Assembly (NCBI GenBank): GCA_043228905.1
Contig: JBHGNT010000008.1
Span: forward strand, 21,452,001 to 21,516,000
Direction: 5' to 3'
Source: Azolla caroliniana
Taxonomy: Eukaryota; Plantae; Polypodiophyta
DNA length: 64,000 nt
The first letter of the stretch is position 1. Every line of letters begins with the position of its first letter. Below the pieces are notes generated by a model, which saw only the letters and a program-made list of their open reading frames with translations, did not search any database and was not told the DNA's origin. Positions 1-19,581 of this stretch are shown here, in pieces. The position numbers and the translations under genes were made by a program.

Positions 1-1269
1 GGAAGCATCGTCATTATTGGCACCAAGGATATTGAGCTTCCATATGCTACTCTTTGACACTTTAGTGACATCTCCATCAATACCATCAACATGGGTATCG
101 ACTTTCCATACGCGCACCGTCTTGTCTGCGGAGCCGCTTAAGAGGACTTCTCCGTAGATCGTAGAGGCAACAATGCACAAGCACAGGATGGGCAACCGAT
201 GTGCACGTCGGGACTCACGAAGCTCTCCGATGTAATCCCGGCCCTCGCCTTTCCCCCATATGCATATAACTCCATCGGAGCCCCCGGAGAAGAGAAGCTC
301 ACCATCGTTACTAAGGGCTAGGGAATTCACCGATGTCGACGTGGCATGGCCCCGGCCCCCGCAAAGTGTGGTGATACAAACATGTTTCTTCTTCTTCTCC
401 TTCTTCTTTGACAACCACACGGACAAGTGGCTACTGTCCGATTCATCGTCTCCTTCTCTTCTCCACACTTTGATGGTCCCATCCGAGGAGCTCGTGTATA
501 GAAACCCATCGGGACTCGCGACCATGGCTTGTACCGCATCGTGATGGGCTGGGAAACCTTCTAGACACTTGAGGTCCTTGAGTCTCCAAACTTTGATGGT
601 TTTGTCCCAAGACCCAGAGTAAAGGACTGGTGATGAATCAAGAGAGCCTAGGGCAAGGCATGAGATGGTATCAGAATGCTCAATCCATAGCCTCTTCTCA
701 TGTCTCCTAACTTGCACATAATTCCTTTGTGAGAGGCCCTTTATGAAGCAATCCTTTCTCCTAGGCATTGAACCAATTTGCTTGTGCTTTGGAATGAATG
801 GCTCTGAGCCCTTCCTCCTCCTTCCTTCATCTTCTCTACTCCTCTTGTTGGTCTTCATCCAAACCCTAATTCTGGGCTCTCCGCCGTGTGCCGAGAAGAT
901 GCGGCCGCCCGCCGACACCATAGCTTTGATGCTTGGGCCTCCTAGCATAATCCCCTCATGTTGTTGTTGTTGTTGTGAGAGAGCAGAGATGCTTGTGGGA
1001 GCAGCAGTGGATATGGTCTCTAACAAGCAATGAGAAAGCTGTGGCTCATCTGTCTTGGTGAGTGAGGAGGATCCATGGAAGCTTCCATGATGAGTAGGGG
1101 AGGAAGTAAGAGAGGAAAACAAAGAAGAATCGGATTGATCACAAGAAGAAGAGGATTGATCAGAAGAAGAAAGGAGGAGGTGTAGGCAAGGGTCAGACTT
1201 GGATTGATCGATGGAGATCTTCATCTCCATAGCTTCTTCTTCTTCTTTGTGGATTGGGTCAAATTCCAT
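1..1269 (-). CDS. JGB: JINGUBANG-like WD40-repeat protein (no intron in the visible part; 3' end lies beyond the window)
   Basis: Open frame from ATG 1269 to the window edge, absent from the ORF track because no stop is reached. It reads NYVQVRRHEKRLWIEHSDTISCLAL..LYSGSWDKTIKVW..AHHDAVQAMV..LYTSSSDGTIKVW..LLSGSADKTVRVWK, i.e. WD40 blades plus the NYVxVRRH..LWIxH signature of plant JGB-like proteins. Confidence 0.85.
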   Translation of the reverse strand, partial: MEFDPIHKEEEEAMEMKISIDQSKSDPCLHLLLSSSDQSSSSCDQSDSSLFSSLTSSPTHHGSFHGSSSLTKTDEPQLSHCLLETISTAAPTSISALSQQQQQHEGIMLGGPSIKAMVSAGGRIFSAHGGEPRIRVWMKTNKRSREDEGRRRKGSEPFIPKHKQIGSMPRRKDCFIKGLSQRNYVQVRRHEKRLWIEHSDTISCLALGSLDSSPVLYSGSWDKTIKVWRLKDLKCLEGFPAHHDAVQAMVASPDGFLYTSSSDGTIKVWRREGDDESDSSHLSVWLSKKKEKKKKHVCITTLCGGRGHATSTSVNSLALSNDGELLFSGGSDGVICIWGKGEGRDYIGELRESRRAHRLPILCLCIVASTIYGEVLLSGSADKTVRVWKVDTHVDGIDGDVTKVSKSSIWKLNILGANNDDAS

Positions 1270-1473
1270 GGATTATACTCTGTTTTTTTTCCTTTTGGGC
1301 AAAATGCTCTGTTTCTATGGTGAGTGAGAGGAACAGAGTCACTTCCTGTTTTTATATAACACACATCACACCTAAAAGTTTATTCTTTTCTTTCCCTTCA
1401 ATTCCAACGTTTCTTCTTACTTTCTTTGGTTGTCTATCCCTTTTGATTCTTCACCAAACGGTCATATACATAG

Positions 1474-1624
1474 TATACATACATACATACATACATACAT
1501 ACATACATACATACATACATACATACATACATACATACCATACATACTATACATACTATACATACATACATACATACATACATACATACATACATGCATG
1601 CATACTATACATACATACATACAT
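1474..1624. repeat. (TACA)n microsatellite, interrupted
   Basis: Direct reading; it produces spurious HTYI/MYVC ORFs. Confidence 0.95.
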
Positions 1625-2004
1625 GTGTGTGTTTGTATGGGCTTTGCTTGAATGTTGACATTGTCTGGACCTAGAGCCTCGACCAACCACAATGTTCGTC
1701 GATCATTGCTAGTCTTTTTCCATGTTGAGTTTCACAATGCTCCATCGCAAAACAAATGTTACCAAACCTTAGTAGAAATCTGATGGTTGTATGTGGTATC
1801 GGCTTCTCCGACCAAAACCCTCCCATTTACGAGCATGTCATGCATTTATGGAGTCCATATGCTCATAGATCAAACCATTACCTCGAATTTTCTGAACTTC
1901 TTTGAACGTATTGAGGCCTCTGGTTTTGCGATAGTACGAAGGTTCTAATTTGGATATGGATGCAAAGGATTAAATGGCATAAAATAGTCATACAACACAT
2001 TATG

Positions 2005-2185
2005 TACCTCTTCCTTCATGTTTCATATGAAGAGCTCCTTATAGCAATAATAGTGACCTTTTACAATTGCAATACCGCTTTTCCAAGGTATCAATACCTC
2101 TTCCTTCATGTTTTGTATGAAGAGCTCTTTATAGCAATAATAGTGACCTTTTACAATGTGCAACACCGCTTTTCCAAGGTATCAG
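2005..2185. repeat. Tandem duplication of ~90 bp
   Basis: TACCTCTTCCTTCATG...CCGCTTTTCCAAGGTATCA occurs at 2005 and 2095. Confidence 0.9.
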
Positions 2186-5069
2186 TGTGTTGCTTCTCTC
2201 TTTCTTGACATGGATCATGTAGCATAAAGATCAAGGACATTCCACAACATTTGATTGTGTAGATCCGTAGAATACTAATAAAGTGATTTGTAGTTGAATT
2301 ATGGATACATTGAGTTAATTTGTGGATTGAGTTCTAGAGGTTAATCCCCACACGTTATGTCCGGGTTTCCAGTAACTTGCATGTGCTCAATTAAGTTCAT
2401 GGATTTTATTGCCCATGTGCACTTGTGCACCACAGAGTTGTTATGGTGTTCTCCATTTCATGAAGGTAGTAAATCATTTAACTTTATGGAAAAATGATTT
2501 GCTTGGACCATGGTGGATGTAGAAAATATTCTCAAAGATAACATCTAGACTTGCATACCACGCAATTTGGGTGGGTCTTGAGAGACCCATATGGTTGTTT
2601 TTGCTTGATGTTTTGCCCCTTTACCAACTCCTTCGGATGATGTTTCGTTGAAGCAACTTGCTCAATACATATTAGGTTGCACTCGAATGTCTCTAGATGT
2701 TGATGATTGAACCACTTATAATAATGAAGCTTTTGTAGCTGGGTTTTTCAATGTCTCTTCAAATGTGGTCAAATTTATGTCAAACTAAAAAGTCTATCTT
2801 GAAGACTATTTGTACATATACAACTAGCACTTTTTGAAAACTATATCCTATTGTGTTAATGTGCAAAAGACCTTCACTTCCCAAACATGGTTCACACGAA
2901 TCTTGAATACCACGAATAGAGTTGTATTGTTGCCTTATAAGCTACAATGCATCGCACAACCCAAATAATAAAAGAACATCTATGCACAATAAAATACAAA
3001 TGGTGAAACACCAATATATGTACATCAACTCATTGTTAAGCACTCAACACCATATATTGTAGATCATGAGAAAGTTTCCATGGTTCCATAGTAGTAGATT
3101 GAACTTGTGGATGAGATGTATGGTTTATATGAGCGTCTAACACGTATATGGGAGTTCTAACTTTCATTTGTGTTGCGTATACACATTCCTTCTCTTGTTA
3201 TGCATTAGGTTGCTAAATTAAGAACTTAAGTATGAAGTAAAGCCTCTGTCCACAGTGTAAAAATGTCCATAAATGCATAAAAGACAACTCAATGGTCATG
3301 AGGAAGTCCTTGTATTCTAGGATCCGTTCTTGGAAGGTAACCAAAAGTTGTAAAGAGGAAAAGGCACACCAACTTTCCAAAAGTTCCAACGTTTTAAAAT
3401 TGAAAGGTAATATTCACTCAATCTTAATGTTTACTTTCTCTTCTTCCTTCATGGCGGAGTGGAATGTTGGATTTTCATCATTATTGAGTCGCTTATGAGT
3501 TGTCCTAATATCCGTGTGATTTGTGACACCCATTATCTTATCCTTTCAAATTATTTTGTAAATGTTTGGAGCAGTAGCATTCAGATGGGCCATTGCACTT
3601 TACTATGTTGTAGATCTAATCACAAAGGCCGCCCTTAACCATGGAATGGGTATTTGAATCTTGTAAACAACTCAAACAAATACTTAAAAAAGTTTATCTC
3701 AAAGACAACATCTAGATTGCAAACCTTGCTTCATGATGCACTTGTCACTTCGAGTTAGGTGTTATCTGATATCGTTATCGCCTCCTTACGAATCCACGAC
3801 TTGATCTTGTATTCAATAAAGAAACAACAGTAATAAAATCATTGCATGCCCACTTGTAAAACCTATTTGCAACACATTAACAGTTAGTGAAGCGTCGTGA
3901 CATAATAATGATGGTTGTTAAAACTCCATATTGTTTCCTTCTTCTGGAATACAATATAATAACTTATTAGAGTTTCTTTTTTGTTGTTAGGGAATCCATT
4001 TTCTCTAGAAGGTTGTATTCACCAAATAGTGTCTTCATAAATAAACTAAAATTTGCCGGAGCACATAGTTGCATTGGCTTTTACAAGACCATCTTATTGT
4101 TTTTAACCCTTCTGTATCTATAAGGCCATTCTTTTTAAGGGCTAACTATTAGGAATTTGTAAAGTCATTCTTTTTGGTTCATAAAAAGGAACTCATTGTT
4201 GTGGAAAGGCAAATTGTAAGGCCATTTTTATAAGAGTAGACTATCAAGAATCCATAAAGCCATTCTTTGGCTACGAGAAAAGAAAATAGCGAAGGCCATT
4301 TCTTTATACCTTCGTAAAGTTGTTTTTTGGATCAACAAAAGATATATTCGTTTGGACGGATATGTGTTTCCATTAGGATATGTCTTCTAAAGGCAAATTT
4401 CAAGAGCAATGTCCTAAACACCTTATCTCAATCTAGAAACAAGGAAATATGTGTATAATAAAAGCTTGGCATTAAGGTGCCCATTCATCAAGAAAGGTGG
4501 CAAATCATAACCTTTACTAGCCAATATGTCATCAGAGCATGGTAGTGATTGATAAAGAGACACTCGACCAAGTAAAATTAGGAAATCAAGTCCAACAAAC
4601 ACCAACACCACCACTATTTCTCCATATCCCTTGATGCTTTCGCTCACGAGCAAAAACAAACCAGAAATTTGATAGAAGAATTACAACTTTTGTCGCGTGT
4701 TAGCTCTCCTACATGGCACCCTAGCAAACATATATGGTAAAAGTACGTCTGTATGAGAGACCAAAAAACTCCCCCTTGTTGCTAACAACGTTAATGTGCA
4801 GAACTGTGAGATCGAAAGGTGCGAATCGACCAAAACTACTCCTATATAACATTGGCCAGGAAAAACGTTGGGAAAAATGATCGAATTACCCTTCATCACC
4901 CACTAGCAGGAACCTCAGAACCCCGAAGCAAACCGATGTTTTAGTGATCGAGTGCAACCACTTGTTTTCTTCCGCAAAACATCGACCAGTTTAGCCGGAG
5001 AAAGAAAGAAAGACAAATTAACGTCTTCTAAGACCAAAATTGGTCCATGAGACAATTGGTTTACAACAA

Positions 5070-5070
<1 letters not shown>

Positions 5071-5136
<66 letters not shown>
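5071..5136. repeat. (AG)n microsatellite upstream of RSP3
   Basis: Direct reading. Confidence 0.95.
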
Positions 5137-5139
<3 letters not shown>

Positions 5140-5441
5140 GGGTCTTGTGTGGAAAGGTAGATAAAGACATGGTGTGAAAGCAGTTGTTTTTTTTTCAGTT
5201 TCTTTGATTGTTTTGGGTATGATTTTGCTTTCTTATTTGCATTTTTGTGGAACAGGGGATCTGTGATCCGACTCGCCATATCCAACCTTTTGTTTCTTTG
5301 CTTCCTTCTTCCTTGTCAGAGAGACAGAGACAGAGACAGAGATAGACAGAAGGACATATAGATATACATACATACATACATACATATATAGAGAGAGATA
5401 AGTTTGGAGAGAGTGTGCTCTGTTTCTTGTCATCAAGGGAC

Positions 5442-8400
5442 ATGGTTTCTTCTAAAGGAGGAGGAGGAGGTGAAATCCATACCAGCCATCCTCCACACAT
5501 TCCTCCTCCTCATATTCCTGCTCCTCCTCATGAACATGGTGATCACATTGCAAGAAATAGCAAGAAGTATCGGGGCCGCATGCTCAACCTCATGTTCGAC
5601 CCCCGCGTTGTCCGAGGCTCCACTCAATCGGCCCACCATCGAAGCCTTACGGTTAGTCCCTTCTGACTTTTCTCTGTTGTTTTCGGCTACATTTGTCTCT
5701 AATTTTTTTCGCTATGTGTTTTCCTATTTATTGTAGAGATGGGTAGATAGATACATATCATTCATGTCCACAGGAGATTACTTTATGACCAATGAGATGG
5801 GGTCCGAATCCATCGCAAGGGTTGAACCCTAAAGGATTGCACCAGAAATGATTGAACCCCACCCTAAAAGATTGAACCCAAAAGGATTGAACCCTAAAGG
5901 ATTGTATCCTAAAGAATTGAACCCTAAATGATTGAACTCTAAATGATTGTACCCTAAAGGATTGAACTTGGGTTCGCTCAAATTTATGGCTTTGATGTTA
6001 CGGTATAAACCAGCAAACCAGCACCCACAGATAGAGAGAGAGGGAGACCGAACAAGGGATTTTACATCGGCAATCGCTTTCTCATCATAGAATGTCTTTA
6101 TGTTATTGTCCTCGGAGGTCAAATATATGATGTATGGAACCAATTCATATAACGTGGGCAGCGAGCATTCTGCATTGTGCAGTTGACACTGTACATTGGC
6201 GTTTTAAGGATACATCAGGGTTGACAATGTGGGGGAATGTGATCAACGATGGAGCATTGCAGTAAAAGATAATTGCCTGATTGATTGATAAACCCTGTTA
6301 GTTTGGGTATTGGAGAGAAGGCATTAAATAAAAAGAGGTTTAACATCTACCAGATGAGTATGTTGGTCTATGAGACAAATCGCCAATTACAATCGCAAAT
6401 GAATTGAGCATTTAATATATAGAGAGATTCTTATCTGGATTTGTGTTTTGGGTTATTGAGTAACTAAGTTTGAAATCAAGTTTCTGGCGACAGCAATCCT
6501 CTAAGTATCAACGAAAAGGATAAAAATTGTTAATGTATGTATGCATATCATTCTCTCTGTCCCATGTGACCTATGGAGAAAGGGATGTCTTCTTTTACCA
6601 CCAAAGGAATCCTTGTTTTCTTTATCCATCCAAGAACCTTTCTCGGATATAATTGAGATTTAACTTTATAATTTTTTTTCCTCGTTTTAGCCGGAAAAAA
6701 CGCTTAATGAAGTATCTACAGTAAAAAAGCCAAATAAATCAATCCCAAAGCCTAGAAAAAATCCACGAGTGGCGGCTAGTGAACCAACCACAACAAGAAA
6801 GCATTTGGATATACAGGTACTCTTTCTTGGTCATCTGAAAGGTTTTATTCGTATCAATCGAATGATTAGTCAAGGTTAATGAATTTTTTGAAGCAAAATT
6901 CTATTCTTAAGATTCGTTATATATACAAATATTTCAGACAGATGCATACCTAGAGGAATTTGTTGAGAAACTAGTCGAATATGAAGCAAATACGCAAACA
7001 GATGCATTTCTCGATAGGCCACCCACACCGCTTTTTATTCCTCAGAAATCTGGTCCTGATGCTGGAACTCAGGTATAATGACTAAATCAAATCTAGAATC
7101 GATACTGACAGGGAGGTTGTTCTTTTATACATATAATATACAAACACATGTTGAATGTTATAAACTCACTAATGTGACAACTATGTCATTATATCCATAA
7201 CTGTTAGGTAAGGATAAATCCCCAACACTTATAAGGCATAATGTGAAAAGTTGCATTGAGGAGTCATGATTGAGGCATTTGGTCAATGTGATTATTCCTC
7301 TGCCTATTGTTCATCTTTAGATAGAAGAAGGAGATCTTTTCAATTTTGACGAGGAAGTGGAACCAGTGATAGAAGTGTTGGTAGGAAGGACATTGGAACA
7401 ATCGATCATGGAAGTGATGGAGGAAAAACAAATAGCTAATCTTCACGCGTATCAGGTATTGTTCTTTTCCATTCAAATTTATGTCTTCCTCCAATTAAGA
7501 AAACCTTCTAAATCACTATGTGAAATATTGATTAGTGTATAAAGAAACATAAATGTTACTCTAGGTTAATGTGTAGACCAGATGATTGTATAACTCAAAA
7601 GATTTTCTGGTGGAGACGGGAAGATCATGTGTTCCATCCCCCCTACATTCCGCATAAATTTGCACATAGTGCACATAGTGCACATAGTGAGATTTGATCC
7701 TGGGTGCTTTTAAAAAAAACCTCTCGATTTGCCGTTATGTTACATCCCTAATGAACAGTAAAAAGGCATATGGAACAGAAGTAATGTAAAAGCATAAAAC
7801 AATGTTCATGTTCTCACTTTCGAATTACGTATAAAGAAAGAACATTTGGTTTGTGTGTGTTTTAGGAACATTTTGAACAAATCAGAGCTGCAGAGCTTGT
7901 TGCTACTCAAAGAATGGAAGCCGCAGAGAGGAGGATAATCGAAGAGAAAAAGAAGCGCGTGGAAGAAGAAACGAAGAGGCTAGCAGAAGAGCAAAAAACC
8001 AAAGAAAAGGTTAATATTCATCCAAATTCTCTTACATGCATATAGTTTTTCAGTATCTTTACGTAATATCACACACAATCTTACGTAGAATGGTGTCAAT
8101 CTTTGATGCCGAATTTATGATATGTCAGCTTATGCGAATTATGCTTTTTTTGGATGAATTATACATGTTTTGATGCTGAGACTGTGATTGTAGGTTGAGG
8201 TGCAAATGTATGTAAGGAGATATCTCAAAAACATGACTGATTCAATATTCCATACACTTCAAAACCTCGATTATTTCTATGATCCTGTCGAACGTGAGGT
8301 AAACAGTGCAAAAAAGCAACAAAAAAAATTGTCTATGCACAAAGTTAATTATTTCTTCTAGCAAAGTTGCAATCTATTTCAATGAGAAATTAGTTGTGCA

Positions 8401-9435
8401 CATAATTAACTATGTGCTCATAAAAGAGAAATTCGTTGTGCACATAGTTAATTACTTTTCTTGCAAATTCATTGTCGATTTAATCAATGAGTTTCGATTT
8501 CTATTTTCAATCGAAATACCAGGTCGACGAATTATTCCTTCCGGCTTTTATGAACGATGTACATAGAGAATTGAACGCTATTGAAGTTGCACGATGCGCC
8601 TTGAAGCACATGGTATGATGTTTTTTCTTTGAAAGCATAAAATTTTGATAATCATGTAACTTCAAATATTTGTAAATATGTTTGTAAAAAAGATGTGAAA
8701 GTGTCAATTTGATGATGATTTCTTGGAAAATGCATTCGCAAAACATTCGGTTGATGAAAAGCATGTCATATCATACATGTTGATGTATGCTTTTTTAGTT
8801 AAGGAATATATGTTATATCATACGTGTCTTATTTGTCTCCTTCTCCACCCATGCAAATCCCAAAAACACTCAATTCATCTCATGTTCAGCTGTCCTATAA
8901 TCATCGAAGCTCCATGACACCAAATATCAAAACAAAAAGTTACAACTTTATGAACAAATGATATATGTTTGTGAGGCACATTTTGGTTGATTCGTATGCC
9001 TTCATCTCACGTGGCAATGGATGTCTCTAAACATCAATCTCTGAATTGATTGTGCCTTTAGGATGCCGTACTTTGTTGTGCTTGAATTTGCATGTAAGAG
9101 TGGTATAAATTAATCCATAGTATGAACCATATGTACCTTACGCGCATTTGCATTCGTGCAAGAAAAACACCCTCAAAGAATGATAAATACCATACATTTG
9201 GATTAACTATTTATTATGAGGTAAATAAGTCTAAAAATGAAAAAAAAACCATTAAAAAATGGGAAAAAACAAAAAAAAACAAGAATGTTTGAATAACATT
9301 TGCATTTGTTTTCCAACGTAGGAAAACGAATGTTATATGCTAGACAAACACGAATTTTACGCACTATGAATTAATCAATCAAGCATTTGTATATAGGTTG
9401 AACAAGCAAACGTTGTCACATATATTGAGGAGTGA
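5442..9435 (+). CDS. RSP3: Flagellar radial spoke protein 3 (RSP3/RSPH3), 8 exons, ~327 aa
   Basis: GT-AG exons 5442-5651, 6691-6816, 6938-7072, 7321-7455, 7866-8009, 8194-8298, 8523-8612, 9397-9435 splice in frame. Motifs KKYR, NLMFDPRVVRGST, RKHLDIQTDAYLEE, TQTDAFLDRPPTPLFIPQKSGPDAGTQIEEGDLFNFDEEVEPVIEVLVGRTLEQSIMEVMEE and FYDPVERE are diagnostic of RSP3. The last exon is less certain. Confidence 0.92.
5819..5968. repeat. 15-bp minisatellite (GATTGAACCCTAAAG-like, ~10 units) containing the telomeric CCCTAAA core, in RSP3 intron 1
   Basis: Units start at about 5821, 5835, 5850, 5870, 5885, 5900, 5915, 5930, 5945, 5960. Confidence 0.9.
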
Positions 9436-12400
9436 ATACAAGTGCATCTTGTGAAGACTTGTAATTGGCGTTTGCTTGAAGTTGATGGAAGACTAAATAC
9501 AGAAAGTGCGTCAAATGTTATGAGGAGTTGTTGCCAGCATGATTAGAAAACATCTCCTCTTTTTGAGTATCTTGGCAAATAAGCTTTAAAGAAAATAGAA
9601 TAATATGTGGTTGATAAGAAGGTACAATAGTCTTTCAACTTCACTATGCTTCAATGAATCAATAAAACATTTTTGCTAACTAGTTTCTTTCATGTGTTAT
9701 GTTACATGTGTTTCATAACAAACAAATTGCATTTCATAAAACATCCTAATCTTAAAATGTATTGGAAATTGTTCTCTCTTGCAACATGATGTATATGGAA
9801 TGTTGGTATTTGTATCCATGACAAAGATTATAACCAATTATTTGGGCATTTGCATGATAGAATGAACCATTTGGACATTGTTCATACATATTCCTTGGGG
9901 CTTTGTGGGATGAATCCAATACATTTAGTATAAAGAGTCGAAATTCAATCAATATACCTACCCTTGATATTCATCATTAGTGAGTTGCTCTACAGAGGTG
10001 GATATGTCACCTACATTTGTGGTAGATTTATTAATGTGATAACTCACCATCTATCAATGATGTGAAATTGTGAAACATTTCAAAAATAAGGATTCTCGTA
10101 CCTAAATACTTGTAGGTTTCTTTCAAATACTTTTGGACTTGTGAATGCAACATTCATATAGTCCATTATGATCATCAAAGTGTTGCGATCCCTCTATGTT
10201 TTGTTCGAGGCTTTAGGTTGCAATTGTTTGAATTCTTGTGCCCAACTTCGATAGATGTTCTTTCAAAGGTAGAGCATCTATATGCTTTAAAGGGTTGTTC
10301 AAATAGAAATAGGAACATAAATTGCATCTTCATTTTCATAGGAACTACATACAAGCAAGGATTCGTGAATGGGTTCCATATAAAAGCCTTGCACTTGATT
10401 TATCACTTCGTGTCCATTTCGTTAAAATAATCTTAATTACTTCTAGGACAAATTCCTACTCATGAAGTATGAAGTGAAATGCCCACAAGATCAAATATTT
10501 TAGGTTTGATTAGCCATGACCTATCCTTACACATAATTGTGAGACAAAAGTTATTGTGTTTGTGTATTAGACTAAAGCCCTAGTTTGAACAATCTCATGC
10601 ACTATTGAGGCCAGATGTATTTTATGCAATACAACATATCTTTGAACAATTTAGCATTGTGATATGCGAAAACCAATTGGACAAGATTTCTATTGTTGCT
10701 TATGAACAAGGTATGAATTTATAGAAGTTATAAATTAGTAACCATGAAAATAGATGTCAATTGTTAGTCGCTATAAATCTCAATGACATAGAAACTTCGC
10801 ATAACAAGCCAAAGCTCTTTAATGCTAACATTGACACTACATTGTAATATTACATATTGTGCAATGAACTCCTCTAGTTGATATGAAATCCATGTTTTCT
10901 TTGTTGATATGTAGGATGTTATAACTTATAAGTGATGAAGATATTATGAATACTTTGATCCTCTTAACTTGACCCATTCAACTAATTTCTAAACATGTGT
11001 AAGAGTAGCATGGCCTCATACATGCACAACGAGTTTGAAATTTACATTCACAAGTTCGTAAAACAAGTTTCTCTAAAATGTCTTTTAGCAAAATTTGGGT
11101 TTCGTTGTAAGTCTAGTATTTAGCTATGATACTCTATTACCTCCGGCATCAAGGCATGGAGAGAACCATATGTAGTACTCAACACACCCATACATGTTTA
11201 CTACAAAATACAAAGCTAGATTAACTTGCTAAACCTTAATGCCCACACGGTTAATTTTTTGTGTTGATCGATGAGCATTTCATACTACAACAACACAATA
11301 GAACTACGAAGTTAGGAATTTCAGGAATTTCTAAACGTCAAAACATTTCATTAGTTTAATGATCATTCACATTAGTGATATCTCCTAACCAAATGCAAAC
11401 AAATATGAAAATGGAGGACATTTGGAGAGCTTTGGAAATATAGAGGGCAATTAGGAATTGGTTAAAAGTTAGGGTTATTTTGATCAATTTCCCTAAATTT
11501 GTGTGCGGTACATAAACATGAAAGGGGTATGTCCAATGTGAAGAAATGCAAATGAAAGAGTGTGCGTATATAAGTGTTTCAATCCAAAGTATCTTTCCCA
11601 TGCAAAACGAGGGTTCGCTAAGCGCTTGCAAAATGTAGACCTCTCCATGGAGGTTAATTACACAACACGTGCTAAGATGGTTCCTCGTTAAGGATTATTA
11701 ATGCATTCTCTTCGGGTTCCAATTTACATAATGCTCTGAGCCCTAATAACATGTATGTGCTTGTTAGGTTCACACATGTAGCAATGTGAGTAAGGCATAT
11801 TACATGGATTGATACTATGAAGCAATCACAAAAGGATCTTTTCGCCTACATGGTATGTATGTGGATAAGATTTTCATGATTATGAAGGATATGAATGTGC
11901 ATCCCTCTTCTTGTTCTTGGTTATATATTTGTCCCACTTGTTTTTAGTCCTACTTCCACTTTGTAATATATCTTTTCTAGAGGTCACGTTAATGTATTGT
12001 GTTTGAGCACAAATCACAATACATTGTGTGATATGCCTTGCACAAACTTGTGACGATAGGGTCTCAGATTCTCCTCGATCTCCCCGCATTCATAGGTAAC
12101 AACACACCATAGTCCATGTGATAGATAGCCCCCTTTCAGATCAACTTTATGATGATATCGTGACTTTATGAAGAGATTGCATCAAAAGCTCAGATGACAC
12201 GCATGGGATCGACGGAGTGATTACAAATGGGTTGGGGGGGGCTAATGGTTAAACCTCGATCTGTTCGAGGTTGGTATAGCGTACTAAAAACAAACAGATT
12301 CTTGGTAGTATCACGTATTTATCATCGCTCAATGATACGAATCGATCGGCCATCATGGTATACATCATTGGAACTTGATACTAATCCCTAGATGGTCAAT

Positions 12401-12659
12401 GCATGCATGACATGCATGGACAAAACTGGAGATTGATGTAACGTGTTTGGGGTCAGGGTTCAATGATACTTCAGAGGCACGCGGACGACAGGGTTGACAT
12501 GCTAAGAAGACGAGTCTTGGCTTGTATTTTTGCTTAAATTCTCTACTTTAATGAATTTGTCTGTACCAAGTAGCACTCCATGAGTACACACACACATTAT
12601 ACATCTTGGCCTTTTCATCTTCTTCCATTATTTGCAATATTTGCATATTTGGCCTCTTA

Positions 12660-12955
12660 TTTCAATTTCTATTTTTTTAATATCTTTATCTTAATTTTAA
12701 TTTTTATCTCATTTTTTATTTTTTGTCTTATCTTTTTTTATTTTTTGTTTACTGTTTATTTTTTATCTTTATCTTTATTATTTTATCTTCATCTTTATGT
12801 TTTTCTTTTTATCTTTATGGTCTTTTTTTATCTTTATGTTTTTTTTTTAATCTTTATGTTAAATTATTTTTTATCTTTATGTTTTTTTTTTAATCTTTAT
12901 TTTAAACTTTGTTATTTATTTATTTTTATTTGATCTATATATTTTTATTTAAACA
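12660..12955. repeat. T-rich low-complexity tract with degenerate (TCTTTA) units upstream of the GH9 gene
   Basis: Direct reading; source of the Phe/Leu-rich spurious ORF 12580-12933. Confidence 0.8.
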
Positions 12956-13223
12956 TAATTCTCACTCTGTTTTTTTAGCTTCCCCCTGCTCCTTCTAAAT
13001 CTTACTCTATTAGCTATTCATCAACATTTACTACCTAAATTAATAGCTAAAATATAGCTATTAGTCTCTGCAGATTAGTATTATTAGCTCTGGTTTATTA
13101 GATTAACGACAGTAATGATTGTCATAATTAGCAGTTACCATTAACCAATCAATTTATATTCAGATTTTGCGAGTTAACAAAAAAAATATATGAATCATCG
13201 ATAGTAATTATAAATGATTTTAA

Positions 13224-19581
<6,358 letters not shown>

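Noticed and set aside
260-1033. Plus-strand ORFs 260-544 and 743-1033
   Set aside because: Antisense shadows of the WD40 gene. The same applies to ORFs 43232-43706 and 45733-46050 opposite WDL.
4778-4789. X-box-like GTTGCTAACAAC upstream of the ciliary gene RSP3
   Set aside because: Imperfect match, and RFX factors are not known in plants.
9500-12100. Possible decayed retroelement between RSP3 and GH9 (also 2200-4400, 40300-41700, 48500-52800, 59300-62400)
   Set aside because: Composition suggests old TE debris, but I could not read unambiguous motifs, so it is not annotated.
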